Origin: Methanomassiliicoccales archaeon
GTDB lineage: Archaea > Thermoplasmatota > Thermoplasmata > Methanomassiliicoccales > UBA472
DNA: 64,000 nt
Direction of reading: 5' to 3'
Assembly: GCA_026394395.1 (NCBI GenBank)
Contig: JAPKYK010000003.1
Span: forward strand, 12,547 to 76,546
The notes under the pieces are model-generated. The model saw only the letters and a list, made by a program, of their open reading frames with translations. It was not told the DNA's origin and searched no databases. A program made the position numbers and the translations under genes. Positions 43,423 through 52,010 of this stretch are shown here, piece after piece (positions within the stretch are counted from its first letter, which is position 1; every line of letters begins with the position of its first letter).

Positions 43423-46299
43423 TCACTCCACCAGTATGGCTGGGCGACCAGGCGCGGCCTGGCGCGCCTTGTTATGCGGGTCGGTGACACCAGGTTCTCC
43501 GGCCATGTGCACATCCACGGCACAGCCGTACTCGCGTCCGAGGAAGTCCGCGCAGGACCTTAGGAACTCCAGCTCGTCGAAGGTCATTCCCATCTTCTTG
43601 ACCTCCGACGCGGAACGCTTCATGAGTTCCTCGGCCAGCTTTCTGGCGTAATCGGACGCCTCTTTACCGTGCACGCGGATGTCCTCCCGGGCCATGGCCG
43701 CCTTGGTCAACGTGGGGACCTTCAGCTCGCCTTTGGACGAGAGATCCAGGGCCAAGGCCACCACCGAATGCTTCCAGGGCGCGGAGGTGAACATGGTCAT
43801 CTTTACGGGCTTGATCCCGGTGACCTTGAGGATCTCGTTGGCGTCGTCCATCATCGTCCGCAGGTAATCCTCGGACCTTTCCTTCGCCAGGTCGACCTCT
43901 CCTTCCAGCACCTTCGGGAAGGAAGCCGCCGAGACCAGTCCCTGACGACCGGAAGCCTCCCATATCTCCTCGGCCACGTGGGGGGTGACCGGCATCATCA
44001 GCGGCAGCAGGAAGTCCATCACACGTTTCATGGTGTCGGCGTGGCAACCGCCCCTCCGCTGGTACCAGCGCAGGTCATTGAAGGCCTCGAAGAAGACCTC
44101 GTTGGAAAGGGAACGCACGTCGTAACCTTTCATCAGCTCCCGGACCCGGAACACCCGGCTGGCCATGCGTGAGATCAGCCATCCGTCCACGGAGCTCGCC
44201 GGGCCGTCCATTTGCATGAGGTCCAGCAGGATGCGCTCCATTTTCTCCACCCGGGCGGTGTAGCTCTCCACCGCTTCGTTCTCCCATTCCACGTCGGCGT
44301 GCGGGGAGGCGATGTGCGTGTAATACAGCCGCAGGGCGTCGATGCCGAAGCGCTCAGCCGCCCCTGGAATGGGCTGTGCCCCGCCCTTGGACTTAGATAT
44401 CTTGCCGCCCTTGCCGATTACGTACCAGTTCACGAAGATGCCCTTGGGCAGCATCTCCGGCGGCAGTATCGCCACATGGTTCAGCAGGAAGGCCGGGAAA
44501 TGCACGGTCATGTGCTCCTTGCCCCCGAGATTGAGGTCCAGGGGGTACCAGTAATGGACCTCCTGCCTGATCTTCTTCAGAAGGTCCTTGGGCACACCGA
44601 TTTTTTTGCTTACCGTTTCTATGTCGCCCTGGTCCAGGACCACCAGGTCGAAGAACTCCTCGGTCATCTGCTCCGGCCGGAGCGAGCCGTCGTTGGCGAA
44701 CTTGGATATGGTGTAGTAGAGCGGATAGAGCGTGGAATCGGATATGGCCTCAATTATCCATTTCTCATCGAAGGGGAAGCGCGTTCCTAACCAGTTGCCC
44801 TGGCGTACGCAGGCCCTCTCCCGGAACCAGTCCAGCACGCCGTGGATGTTCTGATAGTACTCCGGCGGCAGGATGTCCATCTTCTTGGCCTGTTCGTGGG
44901 CAGCGGCAGTTATCTCCGGGTTGGCATAATCGATGAACCACTGGTCATCGACCCTCTTGATGAAGACCGGATCGCCGCAGCGACATATGACCTGCTCGGA
45001 AAGGTCGTACATCACGTCCGCCTCCCCGCTGGCCATCATGGTCTGCTTCATCCTGTCCTTCGCCTCCATGACCGGCAGCCCAGCGTAATCGCCAGCGGTA
45101 TCGTTCATCCGTCCGGTGTGAAACCCGTCCTTGTAGACCAGCTTCTTGGCCTCTTCCAGCCGGGGGTCGCCCGGGGTCTCGATGCCCATCTTCTCCGTGA
45201 TCTCCACCGCGGGCAGGGAGGACCATCCCTTCATCTCGATGATGGCTATTGGTCTGATGGCGCGGACCTTCTCCACGTCCAGATGATATTTTTTAAGCGT
45301 AGCCTCGTCCCTCTGCAGGGCGCGTAAGGATATCCAGTCGTCAGGTGAATCGGAAGGCACGGAGGTGACCAGGCCAGTGCCTACCGCCGGGTCGCAGAAA
45401 TCGGCCGGTAAGGTTAGTATCTCTCGGTGCACCATGGGGGCAATGCAGGTAAGGCCGATGAGCTCGGAACCCTTCATCGGCTCGAGCCTCTCAAGGTCGC
45501 TCCTCTGGTATTTTAGCTTCTCGAGGGCGATCTCTGATATCACCCAGACCTCGCTGCCGACCTTGACCTTGACGTAATCGGCCTGCGGGTTGACCCAGAA
45601 GTTGGTCTGCCCGAAGACGGTCTCTGGGCGCAGGGTGGCGGCCACCATGTACATGTCGCCGCATTTCAACTTCAACAGGGTGTATTCCACGGTCTCCGCG
45701 GAGCCGCCGCACTGGATGTCCGTCTCCGAAGCGTCGATGGCCACCGGACCATGGCTAACGCAGGCCGGGGCGAAGTAAGGCTTCTGGATGAGCAGCCCCT
45801 TCTGCATGAGCTTGCGGAACTGCCATTTTATGAACATCTGATAATCTGGATTCACCGTGCAGGTGAACCGCCTCCAATCACTGAGGAAGCCGAAGCGCTT
45901 CCAGTATTGATTGATGTACACGTCGTTGAAGAACTCCACGACCTTTATGGGGTCCTTCAGCGCATCCAGCATGTCGATGGGGCAGGTGTTCCCACAGAGG
46001 TAGTCGATGGTCATCTGGTCCTTGCGGGCGATCCTGGCCGCCAGGCTTATGGCCCCGTTCCCGGTAGCATGGGTGCCCACGGGGAAAAGGACATTGTAGC
46101 CTTCTAGCCTTTTAAAACGGCCGATGGCGTCCACATAGGTGAAGCCGCGCATGTGCCCCACGTGCAGGTACCCGGTAACGCCTGGATAGGCGAATATCAG
46201 CATGAACTTGGGGCGGCCGTTCACCTCCGCCTCATTGATGCGCGCGGAATACCAGCGTTCCTGCCATTTCGCTTCTATCTCGCTAGTTCTCGCCGACAT
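43423..46299 (-). CDS. leuS: Leucyl-tRNA synthetase (archaeal type)
   Basis: 958 aa. HIGH-type motif YLHVGHMRG, KMSKS-type motif KISKSKG, and an editing-domain insertion. Confidence 0.93.
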   Translation of the reverse strand: MSARTSEIEAKWQERWYSARINEAEVNGRPKFMLIFAYPGVTGYLHVGHMRGFTYVDAIGRFKRLEGYNVLFPVGTHATGNGAISLAARIARKDQMTIDYLCGNTCPIDMLDALKDPIKVVEFFNDVYINQYWKRFGFLSDWRRFTCTVNPDYQMFIKWQFRKLMQKGLLIQKPYFAPACVSHGPVAIDASETDIQCGGSAETVEYTLLKLKCGDMYMVAATLRPETVFGQTNFWVNPQADYVKVKVGSEVWVISEIALEKLKYQRSDLERLEPMKGSELIGLTCIAPMVHREILTLPADFCDPAVGTGLVTSVPSDSPDDWISLRALQRDEATLKKYHLDVEKVRAIRPIAIIEMKGWSSLPAVEITEKMGIETPGDPRLEEAKKLVYKDGFHTGRMNDTAGDYAGLPVMEAKDRMKQTMMASGEADVMYDLSEQVICRCGDPVFIKRVDDQWFIDYANPEITAAAHEQAKKMDILPPEYYQNIHGVLDWFRERACVRQGNWLGTRFPFDEKWIIEAISDSTLYPLYYTISKFANDGSLRPEQMTEEFFDLVVLDQGDIETVSKKIGVPKDLLKKIRQEVHYWYPLDLNLGGKEHMTVHFPAFLLNHVAILPPEMLPKGIFVNWYVIGKGGKISKSKGGAQPIPGAAERFGIDALRLYYTHIASPHADVEWENEAVESYTARVEKMERILLDLMQMDGPASSVDGWLISRMASRVFRVRELMKGYDVRSLSNEVFFEAFNDLRWYQRRGGCHADTMKRVMDFLLPLMMPVTPHVAEEIWEASGRQGLVSAASFPKVLEGEVDLAKERSEDYLRTMMDDANEILKVTGIKPVKMTMFTSAPWKHSVVALALDLSSKGELKVPTLTKAAMAREDIRVHGKEASDYARKLAEELMKRSASEVKKMGMTFDELEFLRSCADFLGREYGCAVDVHMAGEPGVTDPHNKARQAAPGRPAILVE

Positions 46300-46380
46300 C
46301 GGTGCACCTGACCTGCGCCTGATTAAATAGTAATTAGTTAAGCTTATTGACAGGCGCGTCCTGACAGATGGGTCGGTCGC

Positions 46381-47145
46381 TCAGAACCTACCTCTGCTTC
46401 CTCCGCCGCCCGAGCGTCCGCCGCCGAATCCGCCTCCTCCTTTGCCACCGGTAAGCAAGAAGATCAGGATGAACCAGATGCGACCCTTAGTGATAACCGT
46501 CAAGGCCACTAATATTATTATAATGATGACCCACTCCGTGGTGGTCAGGGGGATACCGCCTATGGGATAGGCCGGATCGCCTCCCTCGGCTTCCGTGTAA
46601 TCCTTGATTATCTTGATACCTAGATAATAGGTCATGTCAATCATGGCATCGCCATATTCCCCGGCCTGGAGATAGAGGGTTACATTATTCCTAGCCACAT
46701 CGCTGATGTAAGCGGTGGTCAGGACGTACGTCAGCCCGTAGCCGACCTCCACTTTCCACTCCCTGGTACTGATGACCAGTACGATGAGGACGCCATTGTC
46801 CTTTCCTTCCTTGCCTATCCCATTCTTCTGGAGGGTGCGCAGGGCGAAGTCGTTTATGTCCCGATCACCGGTGTCGTTGACGATGAGCACGGCCATCTCG
46901 CACGAGGTCTGCTCGTCTACGTAAACGCAGTTGTTCTCGATGGCACTATATTCTTCATCGCTCAGGACATACTCCTCATCGGTGACATAGTGATCCAGAT
47001 CAGGAATCCCTTTGAAGCGTGCATCCTCTTCCAAAGCCGGGATTATTCCCATGAAAATAATTATAAGAAGGATGGCCGCGACGAATATGACAGCGACCAC
47101 CTTCACTAGCACCTCGCCGATGGTGCCCTTCATCGCCTGGTTCAC
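46381..47145 (-). CDS. TPM-domain (YgcG-like) membrane protein with a Gly-rich tail
   Basis: N-terminal TM helix. TPM-like core (EMAVLIVNDTGDRDINDFALRTLQKNGIGKEGKDNGVLIVLVISTREWKVEVGYGL). A second TM helix. C-terminal GGKGGGGFGGGRSGGGGSRGRF. The start overlaps the LemA stop by 4 nt. Confidence 0.8.
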   Translation of the reverse strand: MNQAMKGTIGEVLVKVVAVIFVAAILLIIIFMGIIPALEEDARFKGIPDLDHYVTDEEYVLSDEEYSAIENNCVYVDEQTSCEMAVLIVNDTGDRDINDFALRTLQKNGIGKEGKDNGVLIVLVISTREWKVEVGYGLTYVLTTAYISDVARNNVTLYLQAGEYGDAMIDMTYYLGIKIIKDYTEAEGGDPAYPIGGIPLTTTEWVIIIIILVALTVITKGRIWFILIFLLTGGKGGGGFGGGRSGGGGSRGRF

Positions 47146-47699
47146 ATCCCTGGATTGTAGTACACCGCCTTCTCGAAGCCGAAGCTGTCAGCGAACAATA
47201 CGTTGGGGAACTTTGTTATGGCGGTATTGTACTCCCTGACCACATCGTTGTAGAACTTACGCTCCGAAGCGATCTGATTGGTCGTGGATTCGAACTGGTC
47301 CATGAAGGTTCTAATGACGTTCGGTGCTACTGACAGGTTCGGGTAAGCCTCAGTGATGGCGGCCACGAATACATTGAAGGATGAGTCGAGCTGCTCGGAC
47401 GCGTTCATCTTTTCCTCTGTATTGCCGGAGAAGGATTGCCAAATATCCCTGGCCTCGGTGACGTTTACATACAGGTTATATTCGTACTCCAAGGACGTGT
47501 TCACGATCTCGTACATTGTTGGGATGAGTTCGATCTTCCTCTGGTACGCGACCTCTACATCGCTCCAGTGGCTCTGCACGCCCTGTTCCTTGGAGACCAT
47601 GTCATTGTACGCCAGGATGACCATCATTACTACGATCAAGATTGCCGCTGTGGCAATGATGCCAGCAATGAGTGGCTTGCTGAGTCGGAGCTCGGCCAT
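47142..47699 (-). CDS. LemA-family membrane protein
   Basis: N-terminal TM helix, then YNDMVSKEQGVQSHWSDVEVAYQRKIELIP...FYNDVVREYNTAITKFPNVLFADSFGFEK. Confidence 0.85.
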   Translation of the reverse strand: MAELRLSKPLIAGIIATAAILIVVMMVILAYNDMVSKEQGVQSHWSDVEVAYQRKIELIPTMYEIVNTSLEYEYNLYVNVTEARDIWQSFSGNTEEKMNASEQLDSSFNVFVAAITEAYPNLSVAPNVIRTFMDQFESTTNQIASERKFYNDVVREYNTAITKFPNVLFADSFGFEKAVYYNPGM

Positions 47700-47747
47700 G
47701 CCTACGTAATAGCTATGCCATATTATTGAATCTTTTTATGATGGCCG

Positions 47748-48335
47748 TCACAACCCAGGCGTCAGCCCAGCCGTGCCGCGGACGAACGGTAGGTATACCA
47801 GTCGAGTGTCGTTCACCTGCAGCGAATAGTCCAGGTACTGCAGTGTACCCGGCTTCTCCGCTTCCATGGTGACCACCACGAAATCGGCCATCTTCGTGGC
47901 CTCCTCCTTGCTGACCGACGTCGCCCCCCTTTCTACGTTGTTGAAGTCCATGCGCAGGGAGTACGTGGGCTGGGCCTCGGTAATGTTGATGGCCCAATGA
48001 CGGAACTCCTCGACCTCGGTCTCCCAGGCGGGGATGTAGATGAATATGTTGCCGCTGTTGGACGCCCCCTTCAGCAGATTGCCGAGCTTGTGCAGGGTGC
48101 CCCCGGCCACCTGCGAACGGTTGATGGTGACGGCTGAGAACAGGCGCCAGAAAGGCATGTAGACCCGGTCCCCGGGCACGCTCATGTTGAACTCGGCAAT
48201 GTCGAACTCCAGGATGTCGATGCCGCCGTCGCGCACGTGCATGGTGCGGCAATGGTTGCAGTAGAACGCCATGTCCTTGACCTTGGAGTAGATGGGCTGC
48301 TGGCACCGAGGGCATTTCACCTGTACGACCTTCAT
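47748..48335 (-). CDS. Zinc-ribbon protein, short soluble paralog of the two upstream genes
   Basis: N-terminal CPRC-x14-CNHC, then RVYMPFWRLF. The equivalent motifs in the paralogs are YPIYLPFWST and YFPVYLFK. No TM segment. The start overlaps the upstream stop by 4 nt. Confidence 0.65.
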   Translation of the reverse strand: MKVVQVKCPRCQQPIYSKVKDMAFYCNHCRTMHVRDGGIDILEFDIAEFNMSVPGDRVYMPFWRLFSAVTINRSQVAGGTLHKLGNLLKGASNSGNIFIYIPAWETEVEEFRHWAINITEAQPTYSLRMDFNNVERGATSVSKEEATKMADFVVVTMEAEKPGTLQYLDYSLQVNDTRLVYLPFVRGTAGLTPGL

Positions 48336-49324
48336 ATGCGGAATCCCTCCATGTTGCCCACTATGTCTTTGAGCGGGTTCGCTTTCTTCCGGTCGTCGAA
48401 GTCCCCTTCTATGATCTCAGAGCCATGCCGGAAGAACATGTAGGTGAACCCGAGGATGACCGCCCCGATTATCACTCCGCCCACCGCGATCGTCCCGTCC
48501 TCTGCACCCAAACCTATTATGAGCCCTCCGGCGGCGATGAGGCCGCCTATGGAGGTGCCTCCGGTCACGGCCAGGCTCTGATACAGAGGATCACCAGGGG
48601 CGCGCCCGGAGATCACCGCACCTGTGACGCCGTCCACGGTCACCGTGTACATGCGCTCGCCGTAACCGTAACGTACCACCCATACCGGATAAAATATCTG
48701 GCTGATGCCCTTGGGAATTACCGTTACTTTCTCGAAGGTTATGTGCGGGACGTTGGCGTCGTTCCTGGCGTCGCTCAGGGCCTGCTCCGCCGATCTCTTA
48801 ACGGCATCATTCTTGCTGCTGGTGCTTTCGAACGTGGGAATGCTCTCGAAGTCGGCGAAGGACGTCTCCCCCACGGTGTTCCGCAGGAACTTGATGCCCA
48901 GGTCGCCGGGGTCGCAGGCGATGTTCGAATAACGGTAGTCGCGCAGGACCATCTCCTCCTTGGGTATCCGCTCGGTGTGCGTGTTCCCGTTGCGGTCCCG
49001 GTGCTCCCTTTCCTCGTATCCACATATCCAGCCGGCCACCCGGGTGGTGGTGCTCCAGAACGGCAGGTAGATTGGATAGCATTCCAGGAGCTTCCCCTTG
49101 ACCTTGAGGTCCCTGGCCTTGAGGCCTTTTCGCCACCATTGCTCGGTGGCCTTCATGACGGTGTCCCGGTTCTGCTTGTTCTTGAAGGCTACGGTGAGAA
49201 CTCCGGCATCCCCTTCCGCCCAAAGGAGCGAGTTGCAATATTGGCAGTTGAGGACCTGGTCTCCTTCGTTCACTTGGATAGCGCCCCCGCAGGAAGGGCA
49301 GTTCAGGCCGACGCTGATGGGCAT
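48332..49324 (-). CDS. Zinc-ribbon membrane protein (paralog B)
   Basis: I prefer the ATG at 49324, preceded by GGAGGA and 1 nt after the upstream stop. CPSCGGAIQVNEGDQVLNCQYCNS. Conserved FYPVWVVRYGYGERMYTVTVDGVTGAVISGRAP. Gly-rich C-terminal TM region. Confidence 0.7.
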   Translation of the reverse strand: MPISVGLNCPSCGGAIQVNEGDQVLNCQYCNSLLWAEGDAGVLTVAFKNKQNRDTVMKATEQWWRKGLKARDLKVKGKLLECYPIYLPFWSTTTRVAGWICGYEEREHRDRNGNTHTERIPKEEMVLRDYRYSNIACDPGDLGIKFLRNTVGETSFADFESIPTFESTSSKNDAVKRSAEQALSDARNDANVPHITFEKVTVIPKGISQIFYPVWVVRYGYGERMYTVTVDGVTGAVISGRAPGDPLYQSLAVTGGTSIGGLIAAGGLIIGLGAEDGTIAVGGVIIGAVILGFTYMFFRHGSEIIEGDFDDRKKANPLKDIVGNMEGFRI

Positions 49325-49325
49325 A

Positions 49326-50072
49326 TTACATCCTCCTGGCCACAAAATTGGCGGCAACGAATATGCCCACCACGGTCACGGCCATCAAGACCACGGCGAT
49401 CAACGGCGAAAACAGGGCGATCAGCCCTTCCACCAAGAAGGCGATGAAGCCCAGGCCGGCCACGGCTATGTAGGCCCCGGAGTTCCTTGGCGGGAACTCA
49501 GCTGAGAAGACCTCCCCAGTGGTGGCGCTTATGACCACCACGTATCCTTTCTGCTCGAACACGTAGTTCAGCTTCCATATAGGGAAGTACACCAGGGCTT
49601 GCTCCTTGGCCGCGCCCGGGAGAGCGCTCAGATAGGTGGCCATCTCGATGTCGGGTTTGGTCATTTCGGCGCCCTTCACATCGAACTTGTCGTCAAAGAT
49701 CTTTAGGTCCCCGCCAGGCACTTTCAGGTTGTGCAGCCCCGGAAGCGTCGTCGACGCCGCCGGTTCCACGTACACCTGCTCCATGCCGTTGACGTCCCGC
49801 TTGAAGAGGTACACCGGGAAGTATTCCTTTTTCAACGATGATATCTGGGCCAGCTTGTCCAGGTCCTTGGCGCGGGTAGAGCCCCCGGCCCAGCGACGGA
49901 AGACGCCCACGGCGTCGTTCTCGCTCAGGGCGAAGGGCAGGGCATAATAGAAACTAGCGCCGGACCGGTCGATGAAGATCTGCGAGGAACAGTAGGAGCA
50001 TTTGACGAACTTGTCGCCAGCGTCGAACTCCACCGGCGCCCCGCATTTGGTGCACTTCATGCTGGCCATCAC
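49326..50072 (-). CDS. Zinc-ribbon membrane protein (paralog A)
   Basis: CTKCGAPVEFDAGDKFVKCSYCSS. Conserved YFPIWKLNYVFEQKGYVVVISATTGEVFSAEFP. Two C-terminal TM helices. GTG at 50072 or ATG at 50069, preceded by AAGGTGA. Confidence 0.7.
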   Translation of the reverse strand: MMASMKCTKCGAPVEFDAGDKFVKCSYCSSQIFIDRSGASFYYALPFALSENDAVGVFRRWAGGSTRAKDLDKLAQISSLKKEYFPVYLFKRDVNGMEQVYVEPAASTTLPGLHNLKVPGGDLKIFDDKFDVKGAEMTKPDIEMATYLSALPGAAKEQALVYFPIWKLNYVFEQKGYVVVISATTGEVFSAEFPPRNSGAYIAVAGLGFIAFLVEGLIALFSPLIAVVLMAVTVVGIFVAANFVARRM

Positions 50073-50078
50073 ATCACC

Positions 50079-51218
50079 TTACAGCCCTGTGCCGCACTCC
50101 GGGCAGAACTTAGTTGTGAGAGGGGACTCCTTGCCGCATTTGGGACAGGGCTTGCTCCCTTTCATCTGCCCTCCGCACTCCGGGCAGAACTTGGCCTCGG
50201 CCGGCACGTCATTGCCGCATTTGGGACAGGGGACCCTGCCGTTGGACATCTTGTTCCCACAGCTGTGGCAGAACTTGGCGTCCGGCGGATTGGGCGTATT
50301 GCATTTCGTGCAGGCCACCGTGGCCACTGCGGCGGGAGCCGCGGCCGGGGCTGGCTGAGCCGTTCCAGCTGCAGGCTGGGTGCCACCCTGGCGCATGGCG
50401 TCCACCATCATGTAGCCGGCACCGAAACCAGCGCCGACCCCCACGCCCGCTGCGGCAGCCCCGCCGGACGGGTTGGAGGCCGCCTCGCGCATGGCCTGAC
50501 CGGCCTGGTAGGTGGCGTAGTTGGTGTTGAGTATCTGCATGGAGGCGCGCATGTCCACGGCCTTCTGCACCTCGTCGGGCATGGAGATGTACATCCCCGA
50601 TACCTTGTCGATTATCACGCCGTAGAGCTCGAAGTGGTCCTTGGCCTTGCTCAGCACCACTTGCTCGATGTTCATGAGCTGGGCGGCCAGATCGGCCACT
50701 CCCATGCCCTTGGCCTTCATCTCGCCGATGGCGTTGTAGATCAGCACCACCATCTGCTCCTTGATGCGCTCCTCCACCTCGGGGGCGGTGGCCAGGTTCA
50801 TGGTCCCCACGAACTGGTTGACAAAGTTCTCCGGAGCGCCCACCTTGTAACGGAACTCCCCGAAGACCCTCAGGTTGACCATACCGAACTCGGCGTCGCG
50901 GAACTGGTAGGGCTGTTTGCTCCCGTATTTTCCGTCGAAGACCTTCTTCTGCAGGTAGATAATCTCGGCCTGCTGCCGCGCTCCCGACAGCGCTTCGATG
51001 ACCTTGCCGATTATCGGTGCGTTCAACGAGGTCAGGGCGTAACGGTCCGGTCGGTCCAGGTAGGCCATGGCCTTGCCGTCGCGATAGAACACCGCGATCT
51101 CGTCCTCGCGCACCACGATGTTGTCGTTGAGCTTTACGTTGCGGTCCATGCGGTACATGATGTTGTTCCGCTTGTCCGCGTCCTCCCATTTGAAAGTCTC
51201 TGCACCTATCAAGCTCAT
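50079..51218 (-). CDS. SPFH/Band-7 domain protein with three C-terminal zinc ribbons (YdjI / COG4260-like)
   Basis: N-terminal IMYRMDRNVKLNDNIVVREDEIAVFYRDGK...FRDAEFGMVNLRVFGEFRYKV is typical of the YdjI-type SPFH family. A Gly/Ala-rich linker follows. Then come CTKC..CHSCG, CPKCG..CPECG and CPKCG..CPECG. Confidence 0.8.
   Translation of the reverse strand: MSLIGAETFKWEDADKRNNIMYRMDRNVKLNDNIVVREDEIAVFYRDGKAMAYLDRPDRYALTSLNAPIIGKVIEALSGARQQAEIIYLQKKVFDGKYGSKQPYQFRDAEFGMVNLRVFGEFRYKVGAPENFVNQFVGTMNLATAPEVEERIKEQMVVLIYNAIGEMKAKGMGVADLAAQLMNIEQVVLSKAKDHFELYGVIIDKVSGMYISMPDEVQKAVDMRASMQILNTNYATYQAGQAMREAASNPSGGAAAAGVGVGAGFGAGYMMVDAMRQGGTQPAAGTAQPAPAAAPAAVATVACTKCNTPNPPDAKFCHSCGNKMSNGRVPCPKCGNDVPAEAKFCPECGGQMKGSKPCPKCGKESPLTTKFCPECGTGL
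50091..50320. repeat. Three tandem 81-84-nt coding repeats (the zinc-ribbon modules of the SPFH gene)
   Basis: The 20-nt cores CCGCACTCCGGGCAGAACTT (50092 and 50173) and TTGCCGCATTTGGGACAGGG (50131 and 50211) are identical between units 1 and 2. A third, degenerate unit retains GCAGAACTTGGC (50268). Confidence 0.8.
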
Positions 51219-51222
51219 GTGA

Positions 51223-51765
51223 TCACAGCCCCGTATCGGTTATAGCGGCCTTGCGCCGCTTGAAGCGGTCCTCAAGTCCTTCCACCCTGGCCCTGACGGT
51301 GTCCACGGCCTGTATCAGGCTTACATTGTCCCCAGAACGAACCATGCCCGGCAATTGGACCAGGGCCTCATCGATGAAGTTGATGCTCTCGATCATCGAG
51401 GCGTCGTACTCATAGAGCTTGTTGAGCTCGTGGTCCTTTATCTTCACGTCCGCAGAGATGCCGGAATACCCTACCTCGGCGTGCAGCATCTCGCCCTCCA
51501 CCCTCTTCATGAGATTGACCAGGGAGCCCACTTCCTCCAGAGCATCGGACGTGGGGTCCTTCCGGACCAGCGCCCTGCGGGCGTCCTCAAGCTGGGCCCT
51601 CTCCTGGGACATTCTCTTGACCAGTTCCGCCCTCAGCATGCGGTCCGAGTCGCGAAGGTCCTCCCTGATGCGGTAGCCCCGGAACCCCGGGATGACCGTT
51701 TGGATTTTTTTCAGCAGGCCCCGGTCGTCCTCGACCTTATCCCTTATGTCTGGCAAAGGAACCAA
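51223..51765 (-). CDS. Hypothetical helical protein (180 aa), first gene of the SPFH operon
   Basis: Charged, heptad-like sequence (RMLRAELVKRMSQERAQLEDARRALV...; VDTVRARVEGLEDRFKRRKAA). No TM segment and no Cys. Lies 4 nt upstream of the SPFH gene. Confidence 0.6.
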   Translation of the reverse strand: MVPLPDIRDKVEDDRGLLKKIQTVIPGFRGYRIREDLRDSDRMLRAELVKRMSQERAQLEDARRALVRKDPTSDALEEVGSLVNLMKRVEGEMLHAEVGYSGISADVKIKDHELNKLYEYDASMIESINFIDEALVQLPGMVRSGDNVSLIQAVDTVRARVEGLEDRFKRRKAAITDTGL

Positions 51766-51809
51766 CTCCCTCGCCCCAGATATCGTAAGGCAATCTTAAA
51801 AACATTGGC

Positions 51810-52010
51810 CTACATCATCTTCCGGGTCATATCTCCAAGGGAACCGTACTTGCGCATGCCTCTCTTACCCAGGTAACGACCTATCAGGGCGCAGGGTATG
51901 ACGATCAAGAAAGCCCACAGAGAATCTGTCAAGTAATAGACCACATCAGCGATCAATATCCCGACGGCTGCGCCCCAAATAGTCCCAAGCCATACCAGAT
52001 TAAGCCCCAA
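51810..52010 (-). CDS. Small two-TM membrane protein; weak call
   Basis: GLNLVWLGTIWGAAVGILIADVVYYL...AFLIVIPCALIGRYLG. Non-ATG start and no clear RBS. Confidence 0.35.
   Translation of the reverse strand: MGLNLVWLGTIWGAAVGILIADVVYYLTDSLWAFLIVIPCALIGRYLGKRGMRKYGSLGDMTRKMM

Noticed and set aside
50209-51245. 326-aa ORFs on both strands (50209-51189 minus, 50265-51245 plus)
   Set aside because: They are alternative-frame or antisense to the SPFH gene, whose frame carries family-typical sequence and the zinc ribbons.
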